A DNA stretch of 62,578 bases, the filler included, from Choristocarpus tenellus KU-1152 (Eukaryota > Protista > Phaeophyceae), in the NCBI GenBank assembly GCA_964200185.2. It is 10 parts of 10 records of this genome, joined end to end, with 100 filler letters (N's around TTAATTAATTAA, not from the genome) between each part and the next. Parts side by side here need not be neighbours in the genome. Positions count along the whole stretch, not along the records: positions 39,308 to 43,535 come from CAXNAD020015583.1; positions 43,636 to 58,172 come from CAXNAD020001165.1; 8 more parts are not named here. The stretch is one strand, 5' to 3'. The notes under the pieces are model-generated. The model searched no databases. It had not been told where the DNA came from and saw only the letters and a list, made by a program, of their open reading frames with translations. Numbering within the stretch: the first letter of the stretch is position 1; every line of letters starts with the position of its first letter. Position numbers and translations under genes: made by a program. Shown piece after piece: positions 39,308 to 50,700 of this stretch.

Positions 39308-39501
39308 GTGTAACCATACTTAAGGTGTAACCATACTTAAGGTGTAACCAAACTTAAGGTGTAACCATACTTAAGGTGTAACCATACTTAAGGTGTAACC
39401 ATACTTAAGGTGTAACCATACTTAAGGTGTAACCATACTTAAGGTGTAACCATACTTAAGGTGTAACCAAACTTAAGGTGTAACCATACTTAAGGTGTAA
39501 C
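39308..39501. repeat. 17-bp tandem satellite, truncated by contig start
   Basis: Unit GTGTAACCATACTTAAG, about 11.4 copies. A T>A variant occurs in copies 3 and 10. No spacers. Confidence 0.95.
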
Positions 39502-39847
39502 GATATGGTCCTATCTGTTTAGGTCTATCCATACTTACTTGGTGGTCCTGGATTGCACCTCAGCAATCAGAATTCTTTGGGGTGGGGGGAATACTGGTTG
39601 TGAGTCCCTTAAGGGGAACCTGCGTGCCTTCATCTGGGATGCATTTGTATCAATAAATAACATCTCATGAAGGACACACGTCACAAGACCGAGTACATTC
39701 TCCATGGCATAACACAATCCATACTTGATGTAGTGAAAGGTCATAGCAAAGAAGTTGACCAACTTTGTAGTGAAGTATGATCTAGATCTTGCAAATGAGT
39801 TTGATTAGCAGTGTACCAGGCTGTTGTGCACACAGATTGTATCATCA

Positions 39848-40107
39848 GAGTCAATGTATCTTAGAGAGTAGAGCCGCATCCATTTGAGGGCCAAAATTCA
39901 ATGTTGCGATTTTGATGTAATTTTAGCTATCGTATTTGTTAGGAAGTGTCAATATCCTTGTTCCGGTCACACCTTTTCATAACGTATACATTTTACCTAC
40001 TCTGAAATATTTTGGAGTAGGAAAATGTTAAAAAAAAAAACCTTGGGAAGCCAAGTCCCAAATGAATAAATAGGGCAAAACTCGTACCCTCTAAGATACT
40101 TACACTC
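39848..40107 (-). mobile_element. MITE family A, complete copy (intronic)
   Basis: TIRs GAGTCAATGTATCTTAGAGAGTA ... TACCCTCTAAGATACTTACACTC, flanked by ATCA/ATCA. Reverse complement of 41016-41273. Confidence 0.9.
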
Positions 40108-40403
40108 ATCAGGGCCACACACACACACACACACTCATCAACTTTGTTTTGTTTTGCAGTGATATATGTCTGCTTGGAACATTGATTTGGTTTTTAATTT
40201 GGCTTCTATGCAGTAGTTCTATAAATCAACTCGAAGCACTTCTTGTGCGTGTTGCTATCTCACCGGGCATTAGAAACTATCCCTAGGCCTGAACCTACCA
40301 ATCAATTCAAGCACAAAGCACCCTGGAGGACACAAGGAGGAGCCGTCTACAGCAAATAAGCTCCCTATTGAAGTGCTGCAACCCCCAAAACAATCATGTT
40401 CAC

Positions 40404-43400
40404 CTGTACAACTTTCTTCCCCTCCAGCTTCTTTACAGGGGAGAGCATCCCCACCCTCTGTGTTGTCCCTTGACCGCATTGACCGTTGTCATTATACCCA
40501 GCAGCAAACAGCTCACCACTACGGCACAGAATGACTGTGTGTTCGTTTCCTAAAGTGCATGGGAGGGAGAGGGGAAATGTATGCACGCCATTGCTCACAT
40601 TTGATACCATGCTGTGGGATAGTGGCACAAAGCTTACAAAGAATTTCAGCATTGTTGCTGGCAATCAGGTACTTTATACTTATTAGATATATGATCTGGT
40701 ACTGAGCCCACTGCATCATGCCTTTGATATGTTTGTGCTTATAACCCTCGAGTACCATGACATCTTCTTTTGATAGTGATTAATCTTCAAAACTCTGTGT
40801 TAAAGCAAATGAGCCATGAACGAAAAGGAAGGCATTATCCTTGTAGAGGTTCCTTGTAGGCGTGTTCTGTCGAATGACTTGCTAACAAAGGTCAGACTAC
40901 TACTATTTTGCTGTTTGAGGACTATTTGGGATACGAGTCCTTGTTTTTGCTGCTGGAGGTCAGCTGGTACAGCCTGTACTTTGAAGGAAAATGAGCTAAG
41001 TTTTGGTAATCTTCAGAGTGAAAGTATCTTAGAGGGTACAACTTTTGCCTTGTTTGTCCATTTGGGGCTTGGCTTCCCATGGGTTCTTTTATGACATTTT
41101 CCTACCCAAAATGGTTAGGAGTAGGTATAGTGTGTATGTTATGATAAGGTATGTCCGAAACATGGATATTGACACTTCCTAACAAACATGATAGCCAAAA
41201 TTATATCAAAATCGCAACATTGGATTTTGGTTCCCAAATGGACATGGCTCTACCCTCTAAGACACTTTGACTCTCAACTGCAACAGGACTTCTGCATTAG
41301 ATACTTTGCACATTGTACTTGTAGGGTGGTGTAATATTTGTGCAAATAGAAGTAACATTGTAAATAGCTGGAGTAATATCAAATATTTGTATGTGCAGTA
41401 GAAGTGTCAGAGCCTTCTCCTAAAAAAATAGAGTCAATATGTGAGGGCTTGTAATGGATGACCCATTAATTCCCTTCAATCAACAATCCCCGCAAAGAGT
41501 TAATACTTCAAATGAACGTTGTAGATCTCAACCCTGCTTTCATTGCACTTGACGGTCCGCCACTTGCCTGCAGCTACATCAATAACTTCTTTTCCTTCAA
41601 GAGCCTGGACAATGCAATGCTCCTTTCTTGAAGAAGTGTCATTCTGGGCCAGCTCTCCATAGGAGTTCTGCCCACATGTCCATACCTCACAAACTTGCCC
41701 TGCACTATTTCCATGGGGTCCCATACGTTCATTGGCTGTTGTGTCTTGAAGTTGTTGTAGGAATGGTAGAATGTTGTGGGCTTTGAGGGTCTGTGCAACT
41801 AATTCGTGACAGCTCTGTGAAGAAGGGGTGGGGAGCAAGTGAGATGTGACCTCCGAGGCCCCACTTTTCCCCCTGTATTGCTTATCCTTCAATTGAAGAG
41901 TCTTGAGCTGTTGCTCTTTTGTCCCCTTTCTTCCCTTGCCCAGAGCAGTCAGACTGGAATGGAGGACCTCCTCCCCAACATCCGACTCCTGTTCCAGTGG
42001 CATTGGATTCCAGGTCAGGATCTCTAGTGTACCTACAGTGGTTGGATCTTCTGGAACCTCTTCCACAGCAGGGGTATCAACAGTAGGGCATACCACAGAA
42101 TTCCATGCACCACTTTCAGTCTCAGTGATTACACTTTTCCGTGGAGGTTTTCCCTTCACCTTTGAAAGGGACCGCCTGTGAGAATAGTAGCAAGCAGGGG
42201 GAAATAGTTGGTGTAGTTCGGTGCAGAATCTCAACAGAAAAATGAGCCAATTGTGATTCATCTGAGGGAGGGATGGAGAGTTAACACCCAAATGAAAGCA
42301 CCGAACTAGCCCTAGCAACAGTGCTTGAAGGAGAGAATAGACAACGACTATTATTCAGCCACTTCTTTGGAAGGGGTGCACCTCTTGACGCTGCACTCGC
42401 TTGACAAGATTGAGACCTTGCTGGTTTCTGAAGCGGGAATGGAGGAACTGTTCACTTCTTCACGCGGTGAGTGGTGACATATATTTGGAATGTCTACGCC
42501 CAAAAGTGCCTTCACCAATACAAGCAAATCGCTTGCCCGTCCTCGGGCCGCAGCAAGGCTGATCAGAGCTGAGAGAGCAGTACTTTGCTGTTGCCTACCA
42601 ATACCATCGATGTTATTTTTCTCTTTGCCCCATGCAGATTTACTTCCTGCGAGGAAGGCCTTGTACAAAAAATCGCGTAATGCATGAACCACGCCTGGGA
42701 TAGGAGTTAGACCAACTTTTGTGCATGGTGGCTTCAGTGTATTCTGTCCCTTCACTCTCTCATGTGCAAGGCACAAGGGAGGCAAACAAGAGAGAACAGG
42801 TGCAATTTGGTGAAGAAAATCACTGAACTGCTCCTGTCCGCACTCAGTATCCTTCACGTAATCCAGCATACAGAAAAAGAGGTGAAGTCCCAGGTGGGTA
42901 TCGTCTGACGGCCCGCTCCCACTCCTTTGGGGACTTGTGGCATGCCCGTCAGTGACTGAGCCATCAAGGTTAGCTGATTCTTTTCTAGCGCTGAATTGGT
43001 CGGGATTGTCCTTGCTTCGGACGACTTCTGACACACGATGGCGCGTCATCGCGGCATGGATGCTGTACAAGGTGTGGATGCGGCAACTCACCAAATCCCA
43101 GAATGAGTCATCCAGCTTGCAGGTGCGAGATAGATCGTGAGCCAATGTCCGCACTGCTTCATCCACCAACGAAGCATAGTCTCCTTCATCTAATGTCACC
43201 GAAGAGAGACACAGAGCCTTTTCCATGAAGTGTACACAGCCCCCGTTATTTCCCGGGGACGTGTGGAAGGATTTATCTTGACCAATGTTCATTGAACCAC
43301 AAGCACTACTTCGACGGCAACCGATTCGTGTGGCACCTCCTTCCACAATATGAGATTCAAGGCTGCATTGTAGACCCTGATTGCCAGGGAGGTCCTCATC

Positions 43401-43535
43401 TATGGTAGCGGAAATAGGTGTTTTCACCCAAAAGGCATCCTGTTGCGGAAGGGGGAGGGGCCACTTAGGCTCGATAGCATCAACTTCATCTAATGCCGCA
43501 CCAGGGGGTGGGCGGGGTCCACTACTGCCAACACC
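40404..43535 (-). CDS. Large RCC1-repeat protein with HERC-like N-terminal helical region (partial)
   Basis: Exons (contig end)43535-42382, 42175-41568 and 40549-40404 are in phase. RCC1 blades VWTCGQNSYGELAQ..IDVAAG|NEHTVILCRSGELFAAGYNDNGQCGQG. Upstream ALSALISLAAARGRASDLLVLVKALL resembles HERC1/2 N-terminal helices. GC donor at 41567. Confidence 0.85.
41016..41273 (+). mobile_element. MITE family A, complete 258-bp copy (intronic)
   Basis: TIRs GAGTGAAAGTATCTTAGAGGGTA ... TACCCTCTAAGACACTTTGACTC, inverted subterminal GTCCATTTGGG/CCCAAATGGAC, and TSD TCA/TCA. Confidence 0.92.
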
Positions 43536-43635
43536 NNNNNNNNNNNNNNNNNNNNNNNNNNNNNNNNNNNNNNNNNNNNTTAATTAATTAANNNNNNNNN
43601 NNNNNNNNNNNNNNNNNNNNNNNNNNNNNNNNNNN

Positions 43636-44215
43636 GCACATATATGCACACATAGGTAACCCTAAACCTAACCCTAACCCTATATATCTGCAGTACAGAA
43701 TATAATAGTTGGATAAATAGTATACATGGATGTCCTGATTGGAGGCACATATATGCACACATAGATAACCCTAACCCTAAGTCTATAAATCAGCAGTAAA
43801 ACACGTGAAAATCAGTCAAATAGTAAGGACATCATATCCACTTTCATGAACACTCTTTCACCCAAGAAGTTCCAAGAAATACAATACTCCTCTGATTTCA
43901 CAACCACATTTTGTATTATTATTATTATTATTATTTTAAGAAAAATACCCAAGGAAACCTCCAAGGAGTTTTCTCTTTCAAATATCAGAACATTTACCGG
44001 AACCGCTCAAGAAGCACCTAAAAAAAAAACTAAAAAGTTCCGAAAAATACAAAAATACAAGGATCTGATTTCGCAACCGCATTTCATATTAATATTGTCA
44101 TCACGATCATTACTCAAAAAAACACACACACACACACAAGAGAAATTTATCAAGAGTTCTCCTCTTCGAAAATCAGTAACGTTAATCACCGGGACCGCTC
44201 AAGAAGCACTTTTAA
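43636..44215. repeat. Diverged direct repeats (about 110-bp and 190-bp units), some with CCCTAA arrays
   Basis: GCACATATATGCACACATAGRTAACCCTAA occurs twice (43636, 43745). TCTGATTTCRCAACCRCATTT and ACCGGRACCGCTCAAGAAGCAC each occur twice in 43880-44210. Confidence 0.65.
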
Positions 44216-44924
44216 AACAAGAAAATAATAATTAATAAATAAATAAATAATAAATAATAAAAAAATAAAAAAATGCGGTACAAACGGTATATAGACATTG
44301 ACTCGAGACGAGAAATGTTTTCTGATACGGGCCGGCCCACCCTGGAACAGATCTCTCACAGACAGGCAGGCCCCCTCCGGCCTGGCAAGTTAGCTAGCTC
44401 TAACCGGATCGATTCCACAGATAAGTCAGAGATTTTAACTGGGACGGACTGTGCCATGGGTTGCATGCGTCCCTGGTTTTCTACGAGGCCTGGGGGGCAT
44501 GCTTTGTACCTCTCACTGGTTGGACAGTGTTCCCTGCATTAGTTTTTTTTGGCTCTTGTTGAGTTGTTCTTTAAAGTCCCCTCGAGGACAGATTTACGTT
44601 GAGGATTTTATTTCATTTTATTTTTATTTTTATTTGAACGATGATCTAAGAACTAACTCCTTTCTACTGGCTGTAGACTATAGACAACACGCACCTGTAC
44701 TATCTATCCCCCCGTCGCCTGTCACTACTATACCACAAGAATATAAAATAAAAAAATATAAAACAAAATATAAAATGCTCGAAAGACACGTTAACTTTTT
44801 TTTTTTTTTAGACGGTTCTTCGAAACAGAGCAATGCCGGGGCTGGTCCGGCACAAGGGTCACAAGGAAGGAACGAGATGGAGTCACCAGCAGTGGAATGG
44901 CTGAACCCAACGCAGGAGGGAGTA

Positions 44925-45190
44925 AGGCATTAACCTGGGCAGTACCAACTGTAGCACCAACAAATAGTTTAATACAGTAGGGTGTCCTAATTACTTTGGC
45001 AATATCAAGACTTTCACAAGGGCAGTACCAACCAACTGTAGCACAACAAATAGTTAAATACAGTAGGGTGCCCCAAGTACCTTGACAGTATCGAGGCATT
45101 CACCCGGGCAGTACCAACCAACTGCAGTGCAACAAACAGTTAAATACAGTGGGGTGTCCAAAGTACCTTGGCAATGTCCATGGGGGCAGT
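44925..45190. repeat. Tandem repeat of about 87 bp (3 copies) spanning a ThrRS exon/intron junction
   Basis: GGGCAGTACCAAC..TGYAG..CAACAAAYAGTT.AATACAGT.GGGTG.CC occurs three times. The last unit overlaps the exon end and donor at 45166/45167. Confidence 0.88.
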
Positions 45191-47387
45191 TTCATATGAG
45201 ACCGCCTCCTTGACAGTCCCATCAGGGAGAGTAACCTTAATGGGTACCCGTGGTTTCGCCACGAGTCGCTGTCTTTGCTTCTCAGCCGCTGCATCAAACT
45301 TTGCTGACCTAACTTGCAGAAAGTCCGGGTTAGGCTGGGAAGGAGTGAGTGGGGGTGGGGAGTGGGGTGGGAGGGGGGGGGTGGGGGGAGGGAGGAGCGG
45401 AAGCTAGTAAGACAAGAGTGAAAAAATAGATCATGTTGAGAAAGACTCTACTGGAAAACTCAGGAGGGGTTGGTTCGCTACGAGCGCAGGATGATTGTGA
45501 GGGGAAGTATCTATGGATGTCGTCACCTGGAGGAGGCTTGAGAGCACAAATCGTCAGGGACGCTATGCGATGCTTGAGAGCACAAATCTGTCACTTTGCG
45601 ATTTGACAAGTTGGTAGTCATTCAATACTACGAGGACGCACTTGGCGGGGCGTCACAAGGACTCCACTGGTTGAATACTTAACACACAAATAAATACATT
45701 CAAAGCTTAGATCACAGAAGGTTGTCACTACATCCATACCACATGGCAAAACACTTCCTTGGTTCAGGACACCCCATAGAGAGACAGTACACACCAGTAC
45801 AGGGGATAAGCCAACGCAGCGCAAGCAAAGGGGATGGATGGATGGATGGATGAATGGATGGATTGGCATTTACAAAATCAGTTACAGATTTTCCCGATGA
45901 GAAGGAAAAAACTTGTGAAGAGCTCATGCCCTACATACCAAGCACAATATTCAAGGCACCAGGTGTGCATTCAATGTAATAGTGAGGACAAAAAACGGAC
46001 ATTTTTTGTTCAGCATGCTCGCAGTTTTGATTTTTTTTCTGCTGAAAGAGGCATTCGCGTCTTGCATTTGAAAATCCAGGGCAAAATTGATGGTGACTCA
46101 AAGACAGTATATATATTCCCCTTTGAGTAATTAGCAGCAAATGTATTGATGCTGTTGTAAGAATACTACTGTACTGCATGATGATTGCTTGTTGGGAATA
46201 ATGTAGCCCACTTGGGACTGAGCATTTTCTCCTCAGTAGTCCTCTCTATGCCCAAGAGTTGGCTATATCAAGTTCATGAGACCGTGCTCATGAATTAGAG
46301 CGGTCGGGGGCATAGATGTGGGCTAGGGTGTCCACCACAGCATCCTCTTAAGGATTCAGCCAGGGTAAGTGACAGTTTGTACCTCTAGCTTGAAGTTCCC
46401 TCCGATGAGTCCCTTACCCTCCCCAATGAGTTTCCCAGTGGATTCTGTCAGGCGAGTCTTGTCTCGCTTGCCATGCTGCTTCGAGGCTAATGGATGGGGA
46501 GAGGAATCAAGGAGGATGTTAACATATCAGTTGGTTGCTATAATACTATGTAGTGGATGTAACATTTTCCTTGAAGTATATGGTGTGTGCAGTAATAAGT
46601 ACATCCATTGTTCAGTATTCACAGATGTATCATCAGTCCTACATAAAAAGATCATCCAATGTCGACATATCGAAGCAGGGATTCGTAACGATATAGATCA
46701 ATCCTTTCAGGTAAACTCCGAAGTCGCAGTCATCCCTAGTGTGCATTTCCTGAGTTCAAGCACCTCCCATGGAGCAGTGAGCGTCACTTCTCCTTGTATA
46801 ACCTTTTAGTAACGACAACTAACGTCAATAACTCCTCTTCTCACGATCAATATGTGCCAACTAGGAGGGATCGACTAATTTCACGAGTCAACGAATGAAC
46901 AGTGAGAAAGGTAGATTGAACCAGCGGACACGGTTAACTCGACACCTATCTCCTCATAATGATCCCGCGAGTCCATCTCTGAATATCTCGCTCTATCAGC
47001 TACTCGATATCCCTCCAAACCAACATGCTCCCAAGCATGGAATCTCGGAAAATTCGATCTCACGATCGAACACAGGCACAGGTTGTGGACTTGGACAATG
47101 AGTCACAACCCGGCCAAGCAGCCATGCCTGAGGTATCCTGTCAATTGAGCATTAGAGATGACCTTACCTTCACTCAGATGCTCCTCTTCGAAGCATAGTA
47201 AAGTTTTTCGTCATGGTGGACGATCGAGAACGCGAGGGAATTAAGCTGAGAACAACGAAAATCGAAGTGATTCATGCTCAAAATGCACACCTTCATCTTG
47301 AACTGTAGTCACGTGCTTGACAGCACTGCCATGCGGGTCAATAACAGTGAACTTGGAGGTCTGACTAACTTTGATCTTGGAGGCCAT
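45167..47387 (-). CDS. TARS: Threonyl-tRNA synthetase, N-terminal exons (start of TGS domain)
   Basis: Exons 47387-47291, 46486-46383 and 45334-45167 splice in phase to MASKIKVSQ..GLIGGNFKLE|PNPDFLQVRSAKFDAAAEKQRQRLVAKPRVPIKVTLPDGTVKEAVSYETAPMDIAK. PIKVTLPDG......ET.P.DIAK is the eukaryotic ThrRS TGS start. Later exons were not found in this contig. Confidence 0.88.
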
Positions 47388-47723
47388 CTGCACTCCTCTG
47401 TTGAGTTGTAGCAAACAGAGGTGTCAGGTCTGGTTTGCTTGCCACCCAGGGACACCTTCGAGGCTGCGTTGGCGTACTTAGCTTTTTAATAGCACACACA
47501 GAGGTACGAACCAGAACCAGGTTTGAACACGTCAAGACTTCGAGCAAGCAAAATCTTGGATGACTGAAGAGTCGTCAAGCGCTTAACACCCACGAGGACC
47601 GTCCAGAGAGTGAGATTTTCCCCAATGGGGTTTGTAACACCTGGGAGGGAAGCGAGTACAGGAGATCAAACCTTCATCTTCTCTTCCCTAACGAAGAGAA
47701 GACCAAACCTTCCTAGTGCTATC
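47388..47723. promoter_or_regulatory. Putative bidirectional promoter
   Basis: 336 bp separate the divergent ATGs of ThrRS (47387, minus) and the TARBP1-like gene (47724, plus). The surroundings are relatively CpG-rich. No TSS data. Confidence 0.55.
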
Positions 47724-50700
47724 ATGCCGCGGCCTCCATCTGCGGTTGCCGCAATAATCGCTATCGCGGATGAAGTTTCTGAAGGGCTTGGCTCCGTCGA
47801 ACCAGCTTTGTCCTTCGATCAGCATGAGCAGGTAGACGATGTAATGATGATATCTGTCCTACGTTTTTTTCACTCACTAGTTTCAAGTCACGATGTGTCT
47901 CCTCACAACAATTATGGTAGGTACAGCGCATGCTATTGCACAAGATTCATGTAGCCGATCTGATCGTGCTAGAAGCTGAAGGGGTTGAAGGTCGGCAAGA
48001 GCACTGTGCCTACGATGGAAACAGGGACACCATGTTCAAGGATGCTTGTCAAGCTCTATTGTGCAGGTTGGACCAAGGTGCTAATGGATACCCTTCCTTA
48101 ACGACCACGTTTCCAATTCACAATATAACCTATGTGCTCGGTTCTGACCCCCTCAAATGATGGAAACCTTGGCATCTTACTTATTTGCTCAACTTCGTTG
48201 TTGACAACATGATCAAATACCCCTTCCCATTGTACTTTTAAAGCCGGTCATGGAAAGACAAAATCCTATAGCCTGAGTGATGTTGAACGCGCATCTCAAT
48301 ACAACCTACTATGCAATTGAACTGCACTGTCCATTCAACTAGAGGGCCCAGTGCGAGACGACTTGTGGGGTTCGTTTGTTGTGCAAGCTCTCTCGCTCTT
48401 AGAGATCAAGTTCAGCAATGGAAAAGCTTCAGGTCTTGTAGTCCAGAGAGATACGCTCGAGGTTGAGGATACCTTAGGCATGTGGCTGGTGCGTCTTTGG
48501 AACCTTGTTGCCCTGCCAGCCGAGATCAAACAGGAAGGGCTAGGACGAAGACTTCTACGGGCTGGTCTCGATACCATTTTTTCTCGTGTCAAGGAAATTG
48601 AGTCAGGAAATAGTGGAGCATTGCCAGGGCTGAACATTTTACAAAACCATGTGCTTTCTAATCTCTACTGGGATGTCTCCTCGAAGTCCGTTCCGCTCAG
48701 GAATTGCCAGGAGGCGACTGAGATACGCCAGGGAGACCTGGATGGTGGTGTGGAAGAGGCTTCAGCCAGTATGCGTCTGGCCTGTGATGCTGCAGCTTTC
48801 CTTGTGGAACATTTTCCATCTAGCGATAGTGACTCCATGGGGGACGAGATAAGATATTTGACAAGCGAAGACTCTGTGACTAGCTTGGACATTTTAGGAG
48901 GTCAATTTCGTTGGAATGTGCACAAGAAGGTGAGTATCACTCCTCTTCTGATGCAGGTATTGCTCTCCAGTTTTGAACAGCTTCCCATGAGCCGGACCAT
49001 GTCCTTCATATTTTCCCAGCATCAAGAAGCGTAGGATGAGAAAGTTGTAGTAGATTCTGCCATGGAAAGCTGGTGCTGACATTCAGGTTCGGTGATTATG
49101 ACATCCTCCGTGGCATGCATACTCCAAAAAAGACTAGCATTTTAACTCTGCTCACCCTTACTCCACACCTCTGAAGGTCATGCATCTTCTTCGCACCTGC
49201 CCACCAGAAGAGGAGAGAAAGTATCTGGTCCTTACTGTTACAAGGGGTCTCTATAGTGGTTGGCATTGTCCTCCTGCATTGGAGGAGGTCTGGATGTTTG
49301 TGACTAATACCGATGTGAGTCCTGAATGTGTAAAGCATGAAATGGAAAGGGAATGTCAATGTGCAAATCCTGTGACTGATCATGTATCAATGTTTCTCTG
49401 AGTCAGCCCCACGCCTTATCAGGCACCTGCTTCTTGAAGGCACAGTAGTATCTACTTCAAAGTACATGCCAGCTTGCTAGGGTTAGGGCTTTTGTGTGCT
49501 GGTTTAGTGCTCAATTCTGATGCATTCATTGCCCTGTAATGCCGTGCAGGATGAACGAAGTCTAGAGCTTCGCCTGGCATTGCTATGCATTGTGTCTCAA
49601 GATATGCTGGAAACCCTTGCCCTTCCTGCAAAGTATACGAGCTCATTGTGGGACCTCTTGTTCGGTGAGCTGTCTGATGTGAATCCTCTCGTTGTACACC
49701 ATCCCCTCTTTTTAATGATGAGTCGATCCTAACATAGTTGGCAACCTGCTCCACGGATTTTAACTCTAAGAGCACTCTTCTTAGCCTGCATCTTTTCACC
49801 AATCTGTTGCCAGTGGCTTGCTCGAGCCAATCAGATCTATGCCGTCGGCGTGGATTGCACCTTCTCCAGCGGACCCTATTGTGGCTGGAGGAAGGCCTTG
49901 ATCAGGTAAGCAGAATAGTTCCTCTAACCCAGGGCAATGGTGGGACTGGCGACAGCAACCAAGTCTCAAGTGGGGACAGAGGGGCTGTGGAGTTGGTGGC
50001 GGAAACAGGCGGAGCTCTGGACAACTGGACAATATCCAGGTATGAAGCATCTGAAATGTTGGGTAGTGTCTCTTCCTTGATTGTGCTGATAAGTGCCTCA
50101 TTAAAACGCCCAAGCATAAGATGAGGAAGAGTACCCCATAAATGGGTAGGGAGGGAACGGCGGAGACCCCTGTAGCTGTCCAGGTTTCTCAACGGACAGC
50201 TGCCTCTTTCTGCATGATAGTATTTGGTAGCTAGCTACTGCCTCCGACAGCAAGCCCTCATCAAACCCCCCTTGCGCTTTTGTACAGTAGTGAATTGGGG
50301 TGTGCCTCAAGATCTTTTCAACGGTACCAGCCCTCGCAGGAAGCCCCTCTTACTGCAGGCGATCACGCCGTGCTCAATATTTTCATTTATTTTTTCTCGC
50401 AGGGATCATCTTAAGGAGTGGCAGGACTTCTCTCGAGTGTTCGAGGTGCTCCAGACAGAATCAGAGATTCATCTTGTTGACCAGGTTAGTCTACGCCTGC
50501 CACGATGCGAACTGGTCCCCACACTTGCAGAGAGTCTCTCTTGCCGCAAAGGGTCTCGTCTGTGCGAGTGGATGGAGTTTGTAATTGTTTGCGTGTTCAT
50601 CCTCCATGCTTCATGAACTCAATCATGTAGTAGTGTCTTGGAGAGTATGTGATTTCCTTCCTCCCAGCCCCGTCGTTAGTCGTTGCGGTGTCTGGTTGAA

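Noticed and set aside
39308-39501. CRISPR-like array (also considered for the 36-bp repeat at 11322 and the 87-bp repeat at 44925)
   Set aside because: Head-to-tail units without unique spacers, no cas genes, and a eukaryotic context.
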